From Christensenella sp. (GTDB taxonomy: Bacteria > Bacillota > Clostridia > Christensenellales > CAG-138), in the NCBI GenBank assembly GCA_034926785.1, contig JAYFQU010000015.1:13363-77362 (forward strand): 64,000 nt of DNA. The letters are read 5' to 3'. The position numbers and the translations under genes were made by a program. The notes under the pieces are model-generated. The model did no database searches and had not been told where the DNA came from. It was given only the letters and a program-made list of their open reading frames with translations. Shown one piece after another: positions 1 through 8,210 of the stretch (the stretch's first letter is position 1; each line of letters opens with the position of its first letter).

Positions 1-987
1 GTGCAAAAAATGCGCGAGCAGTTGCTCTGCCTCATCTCCGGCGCCGCGGAATCCAAGCGAATCAAAAACAGATTATATGAGATGGTGGATCCGAAGGGCG
101 CGGTCGACGCGCTCTCGGAGATTCGCGGCATTCGCTCCACGCGCGGTCTAATCGTCATGGCGGAAACGGCGGAGGAATTCTCCGGCGCAGCGTTGGAAAA
201 GCTCCGGCAGGAAGCGGGCGGCGAATGGTACGGCGAATATCTTCGAAAACTGTTGGAAGGCGCCGATGACGAGGCGACGGCGCTGGTGGTGAAACTCATC
301 GGCGCGCTGCGGCTGCAGAGCTACACGCCGGATGTGGTCACGCAGATCTACTATTATAAAACAACCGCCGAGATGCAGCACATTGGCATGCTTACGCTCT
401 GTATGCTCGGCGCGGAGCGGGATATCATCGCGCTGTGCCGCGATCACACCATCGCCTCGCTGCTCTCCTTTCGCACGCTGGAGGAGATCTTTTCGATTTA
501 CTCGGGCGATTTAAAGCGACTGAGCCGGAAGTTGATTACCACGGCCTCCGACCCCTATATTCGGCGCACCTGCATCAAGACGATCGGAGAGCAACGCTTT
601 TCAGATCTTGGCGAACTGGTGCTGCCGCATTTGATTCAAGGGCATGTCAACACGCGCATTGACGCGGCGCGCACGCTTGGACAAATACGTTATCTGCCCG
701 CCTATCCGCATATTCTGGCAAACGCTGACGATCCGCGATGGGAAATGCGCGCGGTGATCGCGACCGCGCTGGGCGCATTCGGCGCGGCGGAAAACAGGGA
801 AACGCTGATAAAACTGCTATGCGACAGGGAATGGTGGGTGCGCTATCGCGCGGCGGAGTCCCTCGCGGAGGATGGAGAGAGGGCTAAGCTCACCCGGCTA
901 GCCGAAGAGACGGGGGATCGTTTCGCGCAGGAGATGCTGCGTTTTGCCTTTGAGCAGGCGGCGCTTCGGAGAGGGGAGGCGGCATAG
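1..987 (+). CDS. HEAT/PBS-lyase-repeat protein (true 5' end may lie upstream of the window)
   Basis: ORF open from base 1. C-terminal HEAT-type repeats (DPRWEMRAVIATALGAFG, REWWVRYRAAESLAE). Stop TAG 985-987 abuts the next ATG at 988. Confidence 0.6.
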   Translation: MQKMREQLLCLISGAAESKRIKNRLYEMVDPKGAVDALSEIRGIRSTRGLIVMAETAEEFSGAALEKLRQEAGGEWYGEYLRKLLEGADDEATALVVKLIGALRLQSYTPDVVTQIYYYKTTAEMQHIGMLTLCMLGAERDIIALCRDHTIASLLSFRTLEEIFSIYSGDLKRLSRKLITTASDPYIRRTCIKTIGEQRFSDLGELVLPHLIQGHVNTRIDAARTLGQIRYLPAYPHILANADDPRWEMRAVIATALGAFGAAENRETLIKLLCDREWWVRYRAAESLAEDGERAKLTRLAEETGDRFAQEMLRFAFEQAALRRGEAA

Positions 988-2310
988 ATGGAGCAGACAA
1001 TGGCTGCTATCGGTCAACTGATGGCCAATTTGAGCGATCTCTTCCTGGTTCTTCTGTTCGTCGGAGGGGCAGTTCGTATGGTGGAGCTCATCCAAACCGC
1101 CGCAAAGATGCGCAAACATGTTCGTTCTCTGCGCGCCGTGGATTATCGTAGATTTCAGGATTCCGAGCATATCATGCCGGTTTCACTGATTTTACCCGCA
1201 GCAGCGAAAAATGAAAGCATTACGGACGCGGTGAAAAACCTGCTTTCACAGGAATTTAAACAGTTCGAACTGATCGTGGTTGTCGATCGCGGGGAGAAAG
1301 AAAGCTGGGATCGACTTGAGCAGGACTATCACCTGCTGCCGTTTCATCAGCCCTACAAAAAAACGCTCAACTCCAGCGAGATACGCGGCGTATATCGCTC
1401 GGCGGACGATGTTCGACTGATCGTACTGGATCTAAAAGCCGTATCTTGCGCAGATGCGCTCAACGCCGGAATCAACGTTTCTTCCTACCCGATCATTGCG
1501 GTATCCTCACCGGAATTGCGGCTTACGAAGGATGCGCTGCTAAAGACGATCTACGCCTTTACCGGCGATCCGAACTGCGTGTTCATCGGGGCCTATCCGC
1601 GCATTGGCTTCGGGGCCGCTGAGGACGGAACGAAACGGCTCACGGCGTTGGGGGAGATGCAGGGGATTGAACGGCTGCGGATGCTCTATAGCCATCGTTT
1701 CGGTTATGAGACATTGGGGATGTATCTGCCGCTGCAAACGATGTTTGCCGCGATTTTAAAAAGCACGGCGCAGGAAGCCGGCGGCTTCTCGGATACGGCG
1801 AATGCGGAGCTTGCGGATTTGCTGCTGCGCATTCACGCGAAACGGAAGAAAGAAAAACGGGAATATAAGGTTCGGCTGATGCCGGAAGCGATCTGTTATC
1901 AGATTCCGCAACGCAGCATGCGTGTGGTATGCGCCCAAGCAAGACGGGCGGAATCCGCGATGCGCGTCGTTTGCAGGCGCAACCGTGCGCAGAGTAAAGC
2001 GATTCGGGGTATTACCTATACGCGCCTTGCGGAAACCGGCTGGCCGTTGGCCGAATGGGTGGGAATCCTGGTGATCGCCGTTTCGGCTGTGCTGGGCGCA
2101 ATATCGCCGCTTTACGTCGCAGGTTATCTTGCGCTGTCGTTTCTGCTGGGCGCCATACAGTCCGTCGCCTCGGTTCTACTGGAGGAGAGCGCGTTTCAGC
2201 GCCAGACGGATACCGGATTGCTGCTGGAGCGATATTGGCTCGCGGTGTGGGAAAACATCGTCTACCGCCCGCAGGTAACCCTGGCAAAATTGTTTACGAT
2301 TGGCAGATAG
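988..2310 (+). CDS. Family-2 glycosyltransferase-like integral membrane protein with apparently degenerate catalytic motifs
   Basis: N-terminal TM, then a GT-A-like core (VSLILPAA..FELIVVVD, ADALNAGI) and C-terminal TM helices. The positions expected for DxD, ED and QxxRW read SSP, AE and QARRA. Confidence 0.6.
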   Translation: MEQTMAAIGQLMANLSDLFLVLLFVGGAVRMVELIQTAAKMRKHVRSLRAVDYRRFQDSEHIMPVSLILPAAAKNESITDAVKNLLSQEFKQFELIVVVDRGEKESWDRLEQDYHLLPFHQPYKKTLNSSEIRGVYRSADDVRLIVLDLKAVSCADALNAGINVSSYPIIAVSSPELRLTKDALLKTIYAFTGDPNCVFIGAYPRIGFGAAEDGTKRLTALGEMQGIERLRMLYSHRFGYETLGMYLPLQTMFAAILKSTAQEAGGFSDTANAELADLLLRIHAKRKKEKREYKVRLMPEAICYQIPQRSMRVVCAQARRAESAMRVVCRRNRAQSKAIRGITYTRLAETGWPLAEWVGILVIAVSAVLGAISPLYVAGYLALSFLLGAIQSVASVLLEESAFQRQTDTGLLLERYWLAVWENIVYRPQVTLAKLFTIGR

Positions 2311-2320
2311 CGAGTCCGAA

Positions 2321-2362
2321 TGCGCAGCAAAGCCGCCGGATATCCGGCGACTTTGCTGCGCA
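2321..2362. repeat. Near-perfect 42-nt palindrome (long hairpin) just after the GT2-like stop
   Basis: The arms tgcgcagcaaag-ccgccgga / tccggcg-a-ctttgctgcgca are complementary. No T-tract follows. Confidence 0.6.
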
Positions 2363-2510
2363 TAGGAGATCTGCCGCGCGAACCGGCCAAAAGGTCGCGT
2401 CGTCGGATTCTGAGCCACTGCATCGGCACCGGCCATTTTGGCTTGCGGAGCCGCAGAAACGCTCGATCTTCGGATCTAAGAAAAAAGATGTCAAAAAAGT
2501 AAAAAAGCAG

Positions 2511-2540
2511 TTGAATCGGCATGGACTATTCCGCTATACT
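2511..2540 (+). promoter_or_regulatory. Sigma-A-type promoter for rluB
   Basis: TTGAAT (2511-2516), 18-nt spacer, TATACT (2535-2540), preceded by an A-rich tract. Confidence 0.5.
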
Positions 2541-2628
2541 ATATTTGGTGACATATGGCAATGTTTCTTGTGATTCACCGCGACAATGCACCCTGAACAA
2601 CCGTATGCAAGAGAAGGAATGCGCCGAC

Positions 2629-3348
2629 ATGATGCGACTGCAAAAATATCTGGCGGAATCCGGAGTCGCCTCCCGGCGCGCGAGCGAGACGCTGATCAAC
2701 GCCGGACGCGTCAGCGTTAACGGCGAGGCGGCGACGCTGGGCATGAGCGTGGATCCTGAAACCGATACGGTTCTGCTGGATGGAAAGTCCGTCCGGCAGG
2801 CGGAGGAACTGATCACCATCATGCTCTATAAACCCAAGGGCGTGGTCAGCACAAGCGATGATCCGCAGGGGCGAAGAACGGTTCAGGAATATGTCAAAGA
2901 TATCCCCGCGCGGCTCTACAACATCGGCCGGCTGGATCTCAACTCCGAAGGCCTGCTGCTGATGACAAACGACGGCGAGCTGGCACATCGCATGACACAT
3001 CCGAAGTTTTCAGTAGAAAAAACCTATTATGCCATCTGTGACGGAAAACTGATGCCTTCGGAAATCGCTGCTTTAACCAATGGCGTCTCGCTGGAAGACG
3101 GGATGACGGCGCCGGCAAAGCTTGCGCATATACGGCCGACGAAAACGGGGGACACATCGTTCCTCATTACGATACACGAGGGAAAGAACCGCCAGATACG
3201 CCGCATGCTCGAGGCGGTGGGGCACAGAACGCTGCGTCTCAAGCGGGAACGGTTCGGCCCACTCTCCATCGGCGAGATGAAGCCGGGCGAAACCAGACGA
3301 CTGAGCGAAGAGGAACTTCGCGCACTGAAACAGGCGCTGGGTCTTTGA
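2629..3348 (+). CDS. rluB: RluB/RsuA-family pseudouridine synthase with N-terminal S4 domain
   Basis: MMRLQKYLAESGVASRRASETLINAGRVSVNG (S4 domain) and GRLDLNSEGLLLMTNDGEL (catalytic Asp motif). Start moved to the ATG at 2629, behind RBS gagaaggaa; the track ORF starts at 2521. Confidence 0.85.
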   Translation: MMRLQKYLAESGVASRRASETLINAGRVSVNGEAATLGMSVDPETDTVLLDGKSVRQAEELITIMLYKPKGVVSTSDDPQGRRTVQEYVKDIPARLYNIGRLDLNSEGLLLMTNDGELAHRMTHPKFSVEKTYYAICDGKLMPSEIAALTNGVSLEDGMTAPAKLAHIRPTKTGDTSFLITIHEGKNRQIRRMLEAVGHRTLRLKRERFGPLSIGEMKPGETRRLSEEELRALKQALGL

Positions 3349-3476
3349 TTGCAGGTTAGATGCAAATCCGGTTGCCATTCGGCAGGAATACAAGGCGTAG
3401 CGTCGAATTATTGGAATAGGGCTAGGATAAGGATGATTTCATCCTGGATAAATGCAATACAGCGGAGGTATTAATT

Positions 3477-3731
3477 ATGGACAAGACGTTATGGATCGTC
3501 TTAGGCGTGTTCGCGGGGCTGGTCGCCCTGATCTTGATTCTCAAAGCCGTTCGCGCCAAGCAGGAAAGCTTGTATGGCGACGACGAAGAGGAAGAAATTG
3601 CTGTGAGCGCGGCCGCGCCCGCAATCACGAACCGCGGCGAGCTTGTCGCCGTTGCTGCCAGCTGCATCGCCGAGGTGCTGGGCAAGGACGTTTCCGGCCT
3701 TCGCATCGTCTCGCTCAAGCAGGTTGATTAA
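3477..3731 (+). CDS. OadG-like small membrane subunit of a biotin-dependent (Na+-pump type) decarboxylase
   Basis: 84 aa with a single N-terminal TM (LWIVLGVFAGLVALILIL), an acidic linker and a C-terminal AVAASCIAEVLG...RIVSLK typical of OadG/MmdD-type subunits. RBS ggaggt. Confidence 0.55.
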   Translation: MDKTLWIVLGVFAGLVALILILKAVRAKQESLYGDDEEEEIAVSAAAPAITNRGELVAVAASCIAEVLGKDVSGLRIVSLKQVD

Positions 3732-3794
3732 GCCGGAATAAGCCGTTCAATCAGAATCGTTAATTTCACATATAGAATAATATCGGAGGTAATT

Positions 3795-4145
3795 ATGCGT
3801 AATTTTCTTGTGAACGTCAATGGAACACAGTATGAAGTAGCCGTCGAAGAGATCGACGGAAAAGCAGCCCCCGCCGCGAAGCCCGCGCCCGCCGCAGCGC
3901 CGGTTGCCGCGCCCGTTGCCGCCGCTGCCGGCGCAACCAAGGTGACCGCGCCGATGCCCGGAACCATCCTTGGCGTCAACGTCAAGGAAGGCGAGAGCGT
4001 CAAGACCGGCCAGCCGATCTTCGTGCTCGAAGCCATGAAGATGGAGAGCGACATCACCGCACCCATGAACGGAACCGTCCGTGGCATCAATGTGCATAAG
4101 GGTGATTCCGTGGAAGCCGGCAAACTGCTCTGCACCATCGAGTAA
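3795..4145 (+). CDS. Biotin carboxyl-carrier protein (1.3S / MmdC / GcdC-like)
   Basis: EAMKME biotinylation motif, an Ala/Pro-rich linker and an N-terminal VNVNGTQYEVAV as in the transcarboxylase 1.3S subunit. Confidence 0.85.
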   Translation: MRNFLVNVNGTQYEVAVEEIDGKAAPAAKPAPAAAPVAAPVAAAAGATKVTAPMPGTILGVNVKEGESVKTGQPIFVLEAMKMESDITAPMNGTVRGINVHKGDSVEAGKLLCTIE

Positions 4146-4403
4146 GTTCATGATTCGCGCCGGAGCGCGTGTGAGTCCGGGCATCCAGCAGATGCCGCGG
4201 GATGATCGCGCCCAGCGTATCGGTTCTTGCGGCAACGGCAAGAGCGCGCCTGCAACTGGCCTGTTTCGCGTCATACTGCCGCAAGCGTCAGGAGCCGCCG
4301 GTTCGGGCGACACCTTTTTTACCATCTTCTCGTAAAGACACCATGGCGTCACGTCCGGCGGGAACGAATTTCCGTCCTGCGTCGCCGAAAGGAGAAACAC
4401 CAA

Positions 4404-5813
4404 ATGAGCAAACTATTCATTACCGATACGATCCTCCGCGACGCGCACCAGTCCCAGGCTGCAACGCGCATGCGCATCGAGGATATGCTTCCTGCCTGTG
4501 AAGTGCTCGATTCCATCGGCTATTGGTCGCTGGAGGTTTGGGGCGGAGCAACGTTTGACGCATGCCTGCGCTTCCTCAACGAAGACCCCTGGGAGCGCCT
4601 GCGCAAGCTGCGCAAGGCCTTGCCGAATACAAAGCTGCAGATGCTCTTCCGCGGACAGAATATCCTCGGATACAAGCATTATGCGGATGACGTGGTAGAG
4701 CAGTTCTGTAAAAAGTCTATCGAAAACGGCATTGATGTCGTGCGTATTTTCGACGCTGTCAACGATATTCGAAATCTTGAGAGCGCCATTCACTTCACGA
4801 AGAAGTATGGCGGAATCTGCGAGCCGGCCATCAGCTATACGGTCTCTCCCGTGCACAACGAGGACTATTTTGTCAAGCTGGCAAAAGAGCTCGTCCAGAT
4901 GGGTGCGGACACGATCTGCATCAAGGACATGGCGAACCTGCTGCTGCCGTTCGATGCATATTCGCTTATTACGCGCCTGAAGAAGGAAATCAGCGTACCG
5001 ATTCATCTGCACACACACAACACCACCGGCACAGGCGACATGGTTTACCTCATGGCCGCGCAAGCCGGCGTGGATATTGTGGACACCGCGCTCTCTCCCT
5101 TTGGCAACGGCACCGCGCAGCCCGCAACCGAGCCGCTCGTCGCAACGCTTAAGGGCACCGAGCGTGACACGGGTCTCGACCTGATGAAACTCTCCGAGGC
5201 GGCGAAGTTCTTCCGCCCCGTGGCGGATCGCATGCTTGCAGACGGCACGATCTCCGTTAAGTCCCTTGGCGTGGACACCAACACGCTGCTGTATCAGGTT
5301 CCGGGCGGCATGCTCTCCAACCTGATCTCCCAGCTCAAGGAAGCCGGAAAATCCGACAAGTACTATGACGTGCTGGAAGAGGTTCCGCGCGTTCGCAAGG
5401 ATTTCGGCTATCCGCCGCTTGTTACGCCCACGAGTCAGATCGTCGGCACGCAGGCTGTGCTCAACGTCATCAACGGCGAGCGCTACAAGGTGTTCACGAA
5501 GGAGAGCAAGGCGTTGCTCCACGGTGAATATGGCACGCTGCCCGCGCCGGTCAACGAAGAGGTGCGCCGCAAGGCCATCGGCGACGCGGAGGTCATCACC
5601 TGCCGCCCCGCCGACCTGCTCAAACCGGAGTTGGAGCAGTATCGCGAGGAGATCAAAGACCACATCCGCCAAGAAGAGGATGTGCTGAGCTATGCGCTCT
5701 TCCCGCAGGTTGCGCTCAAGTTTTTTGAAGCGCGCGAAGCGGCGGAGCGAAAAGCGACAGAACCGGCAGACGACGGCGTTCGCACGCTGTATGTTGAGGA
5801 TATAGGCGCATAA
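4404..5813 (+). CDS. Oxaloacetate decarboxylase alpha / pyruvate carboxylase B / transcarboxylase 5S-type carboxyltransferase, without a fused biotinyl domain
   Basis: MSKLFITDTILRDAHQSQ..., HLHTHNTTG. 469 aa, ending before any biotinyl domain. Start at ATG 4404 behind aaaggagaa; the track's N-terminal extension from 4227 is non-homologous. Confidence 0.85.
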   Translation: MSKLFITDTILRDAHQSQAATRMRIEDMLPACEVLDSIGYWSLEVWGGATFDACLRFLNEDPWERLRKLRKALPNTKLQMLFRGQNILGYKHYADDVVEQFCKKSIENGIDVVRIFDAVNDIRNLESAIHFTKKYGGICEPAISYTVSPVHNEDYFVKLAKELVQMGADTICIKDMANLLLPFDAYSLITRLKKEISVPIHLHTHNTTGTGDMVYLMAAQAGVDIVDTALSPFGNGTAQPATEPLVATLKGTERDTGLDLMKLSEAAKFFRPVADRMLADGTISVKSLGVDTNTLLYQVPGGMLSNLISQLKEAGKSDKYYDVLEEVPRVRKDFGYPPLVTPTSQIVGTQAVLNVINGERYKVFTKESKALLHGEYGTLPAPVNEEVRRKAIGDAEVITCRPADLLKPELEQYREEIKDHIRQEEDVLSYALFPQVALKFFEAREAAERKATEPADDGVRTLYVEDIGA

Positions 5814-6371
5814 ATGAGACATCTGCCGAACATCCTTTCTGGAATACGGCTGATTCTTGTCGGCGCTTTTGTGATGCTGTTTCGGGCAGGCAGGTTTCTG
5901 CCTGCCCTTTGCGTGTTCTTACTCGCTTTTTTCACGGATATTCTGGATGGCCATCTCGCAAGGACGCATGGATGGGTGACCGACATCGGGAAACTGCTGG
6001 ATCCGCTTGCGGATAAGATGATGACGCTTGCGGCTCTTGTCTGTATTTACCTTGGAAAACAAAAACCGATTTATCTGGTTCTGTTTTTACTCATGGCGGT
6101 CAAAGAACTGCTGATGCTGATTGGCGGCATCTTTATGGCAAAACGGAAAGTGGTTGCCATGGCGTATTGGCCCGGCAAGGTCGCAACGGGGTTATTCGCC
6201 ATTGGCGTGATGCTTTCACTGCTGTCTTTCCTCTCGCTGAAGGTGGAGCCGTGGGACATCGTCGCGCTCGCAATTGCGACCGCCACGTCCTATTTCGCAT
6301 TGGTCTATTATGCGATCAAGCAGCTGCCGCGGGCGTTTGAGCGGATGGGGGACAAGGCGACCGACGCATAA
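5814..6371 (+). CDS. pgsA: CDP-diacylglycerol--glycerol-3-phosphate 3-phosphatidyltransferase
   Basis: CDP-alcohol phosphatidyltransferase motif DILDGHLAR(x8)GKLLDPLADK in a multi-TM protein. The ATG abuts the upstream TAA. Confidence 0.85.
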   Translation: MRHLPNILSGIRLILVGAFVMLFRAGRFLPALCVFLLAFFTDILDGHLARTHGWVTDIGKLLDPLADKMMTLAALVCIYLGKQKPIYLVLFLLMAVKELLMLIGGIFMAKRKVVAMAYWPGKVATGLFAIGVMLSLLSFLSLKVEPWDIVALAIATATSYFALVYYAIKQLPRAFERMGDKATDA

Positions 6372-6431
6372 GACCGTCGAGAGCGCTGCGGCGTTCAAGG
6401 GCATAGGTCACCGTACAATTCTGAAAAAGGC

Positions 6432-6460
6432 TTGCATTTGTATCAAAAGGCTGTTATACT
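6432..6460 (+). promoter_or_regulatory. Sigma-A-type promoter of the rimP-nusA-infB operon
   Basis: TTGCAT (6432-6437), 17-nt spacer, TATACT (6455-6460). Confidence 0.6.
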
Positions 6461-6490
6461 GCAACTGTTGGATGTATGAACTTTTAGCGG

Positions 6491-6534
6491 AGAGTGGGCA
6501 AAACCCACTCTTTCGTTTTGAAGGGTGCTTTTTT
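6491..6534 (+). terminator. Leader attenuator candidate: two mutually exclusive hairpins, each followed by a U-rich tract
   Basis: Hairpin A is agagtggg/cccactct (6491-6511), followed by ttcgtttt. Hairpin B is cactctt/aagggtg (6506-6527), followed by cTTTTTT (6528-6534). The two share 6506-6511. Confidence 0.5.
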
Positions 6535-6588
6535 GGATTGTCATTCGCCAATTGTGGCGAACAGACAACAGATATTTGGAGGAACGCA

Positions 6589-7041
6589 TTGAATACCGCG
6601 CAAAAGGTAGAACAACTGCTCAAACAGCCCGTAGAAGCGCTCGGCTATGAACTCTGCGACGTGGAATTCATCAAGGAATATGGCGATTGGGTGCTTACGC
6701 TCTATATTAACAAGCCGGAAGGCGTGACCATTGACGATTGCGAGCGGGTCAGCCGGGCGATGGATCCGATTCTTGACGAGGCAGACCCGATTGAACAGGC
6801 GTACTACCTCTCCGTTTCGTCTCTTGGATTGGACAGACCGTTGAAAAAAGATGCGGATTACAACCGAAATCTCGGCAAACGCATCGAGATTAAGCTATTT
6901 GCGCCCAAAAACGGGAAAAAAGAATTTGTTGGGGAGCTGGTTCGTTTTGACGAAGCCAGCGTTACCGTTTTGCTTGAGGGCGGCGAGTTGACGCTGGAAC
7001 GGAAAGCCATCGCGCTGGCGCGGCCGGAACTCGTATTTTAA
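6589..7041 (+). CDS. rimP: Ribosome maturation factor RimP
   Basis: LLKQPVEALGYELCDVEF..LTLYINKPEGVTIDDCERVSRAMDPILD. TTG start at 6589 behind ggaggaa; the track ORF from 6274 runs through the leader. Confidence 0.9.
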   Translation: MNTAQKVEQLLKQPVEALGYELCDVEFIKEYGDWVLTLYINKPEGVTIDDCERVSRAMDPILDEADPIEQAYYLSVSSLGLDRPLKKDADYNRNLGKRIEIKLFAPKNGKKEFVGELVRFDEASVTVLLEGGELTLERKAIALARPELVF

Positions 7042-7121
7042 CGCGGAGATCTGGCGCGCAAAAACCATGATGAATGTTATGTGTAGGAACACACGGGATT
7101 ATTGATAAGGAGTAAAACCAG

Positions 7122-8207
7122 ATGAACACAGAGTTTGTCGAAGCATTGAATGCGCTGGAGAAGGAGCGCGGCATCAGCAAGGACGTGCTGATTCTCGCCA
7201 TCGAAGCGGCGCTGACCTCGGCCTATAAGCGCAATTACGGCGCAACGGCGAATGTTCGCGCGCAGATTGATCCGCGCAGCGGCGAGTTTCGCATCTATGC
7301 TTCCAAAACAGTTGCTGAGATCGTAGAAAACCCGATCAACGAGATTTCGCTTGCGGATGCCAAGCGCGTCAACGTCCTGTATGAAGTGGGCGATGTGCTG
7401 GAGGAAGAGGTGAAAGCGAAGGAATTCTCGCGCATTGCGGCGCAGACGGCCAAGCAGGTTGTCGTGCAGCGTATTCGCGAGGCGGAGCGCGGCGTTATCT
7501 ATGAAGAATATGTAGAAAAAGAGAACGAGGTGCTCACCGCGATTGTTCAGCGCGTGGAGAAGGGCAATGTCTACGTTGAACTGGGCAAGACGGACGGCAT
7601 TCTCACGCCCAATGAAATGATCCCCGGCGAAACCTATGAAAATAACGACCGCATCAAGGTATATGTTTTGGAAGTGCGCAAGGACAGCAAGGGGCCGCAG
7701 GTTCTCGTCAGCCGCACGCATCCGGGCCTCGTGAAGCGTCTCTTCGAACTGGAAGTTCCCGAGATTCAAACCGGCGTTGTGCAGATTAAGTCTATCGCGC
7801 GCGAGGCGGGATTCCGCACCAAGGTCGCGATGCATTCGAACGACCTGCAGGTGGATGCTGTCGGCGCTTGCGTGGGTCAGCGCGGCGCGCGTGTGGAGCG
7901 CATCGTCAATGAACTGCACAATGAAAAAATTGACATCATCGAATGGGATTCCGACTCTGCGGTATATATCGCAAAGGCGCTGAGCCCGGCGAAGGTGCTT
8001 ATGGTTTATATCAATGAAGAGGAAAAGGCCGCAAAAGTAATCGTCCCCGATTCACAGCTCTCTCTCGCCATCGGTAAAGAGGGTCAGAATGCGCGTCTTG
8101 CCGCGAAGCTCACCGGCTGGAAGATCGACATCAAGAGCCAATCTCAGGCGGAAGAGGCGATGGACGCCTATTATCACAACGACGAACCGGCCGAAAGCGA
8201 GGCGTAA
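7122..8207 (+). CDS. nusA: Transcription termination/antitermination factor NusA
   Basis: N-terminal domain, S1 and two KH domains (GACVGQRGARV, LAIGKEGQNARLAAKLTGWKIDI). Confidence 0.97.
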   Translation: MNTEFVEALNALEKERGISKDVLILAIEAALTSAYKRNYGATANVRAQIDPRSGEFRIYASKTVAEIVENPINEISLADAKRVNVLYEVGDVLEEEVKAKEFSRIAAQTAKQVVVQRIREAERGVIYEEYVEKENEVLTAIVQRVEKGNVYVELGKTDGILTPNEMIPGETYENNDRIKVYVLEVRKDSKGPQVLVSRTHPGLVKRLFELEVPEIQTGVVQIKSIAREAGFRTKVAMHSNDLQVDAVGACVGQRGARVERIVNELHNEKIDIIEWDSDSAVYIAKALSPAKVLMVYINEEEKAAKVIVPDSQLSLAIGKEGQNARLAAKLTGWKIDIKSQSQAEEAMDAYYHNDEPAESEA

Positions 8208-8210
8208 GGC

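Noticed and set aside
2055-2573. 172-aa + strand ORF bridging the GT2-like 3' end and the spacer
   Set aside because: It lies out of frame within the GT2-like gene, is Arg/Gly-rich, and crosses the 42-nt palindrome and the rluB promoter.
4146-4403. Gap between the biotin carrier and the carboxyltransferase as a possible remnant of an oadB-like beta-subunit gene
   Set aside because: Translations of the frames (for example track ORFs 4081-4335 and 4202-4501) are Arg/Ala/Ser-rich. They show no hydrophobic helices or OadB-like motifs, and the length is far too short for a remnant to be argued from sequence alone.
4227-4403. N-terminal extensions of track ORFs (also 2521-2628, 6274-6588, 13020-13136, 17754-17789, 21375-21407, 21933-21983, 34460-34540, 35276-35332, 39042-39080, 44035-44190, 47206-47241, 49218-49352, 50793-50852 and 58498-58545)
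   Set aside because: The extensions are non-homologous and Arg-rich, or they overlap upstream genes or leaders. Family-typical N termini begin at internal ATG/TTG/GTG codons preceded by clear RBS.
4413-5822. 469-aa minus-strand ORF, with similar long minus ORFs at 7077-7919, 8913-10508, 10593-11567, 12107-13327, 15815-17500, 17757-18806, 20538-21641, 28492-29568, 31177-32226, 42195-43172 and 48334-49308
   Set aside because: Each lies exactly antisense to a + strand gene with strong family motifs. Their translations are Arg/Ala/Gly-rich and low-complexity, with no recognisable motifs or RBS. These are typical stop-poor shadow frames in GC-rich DNA.
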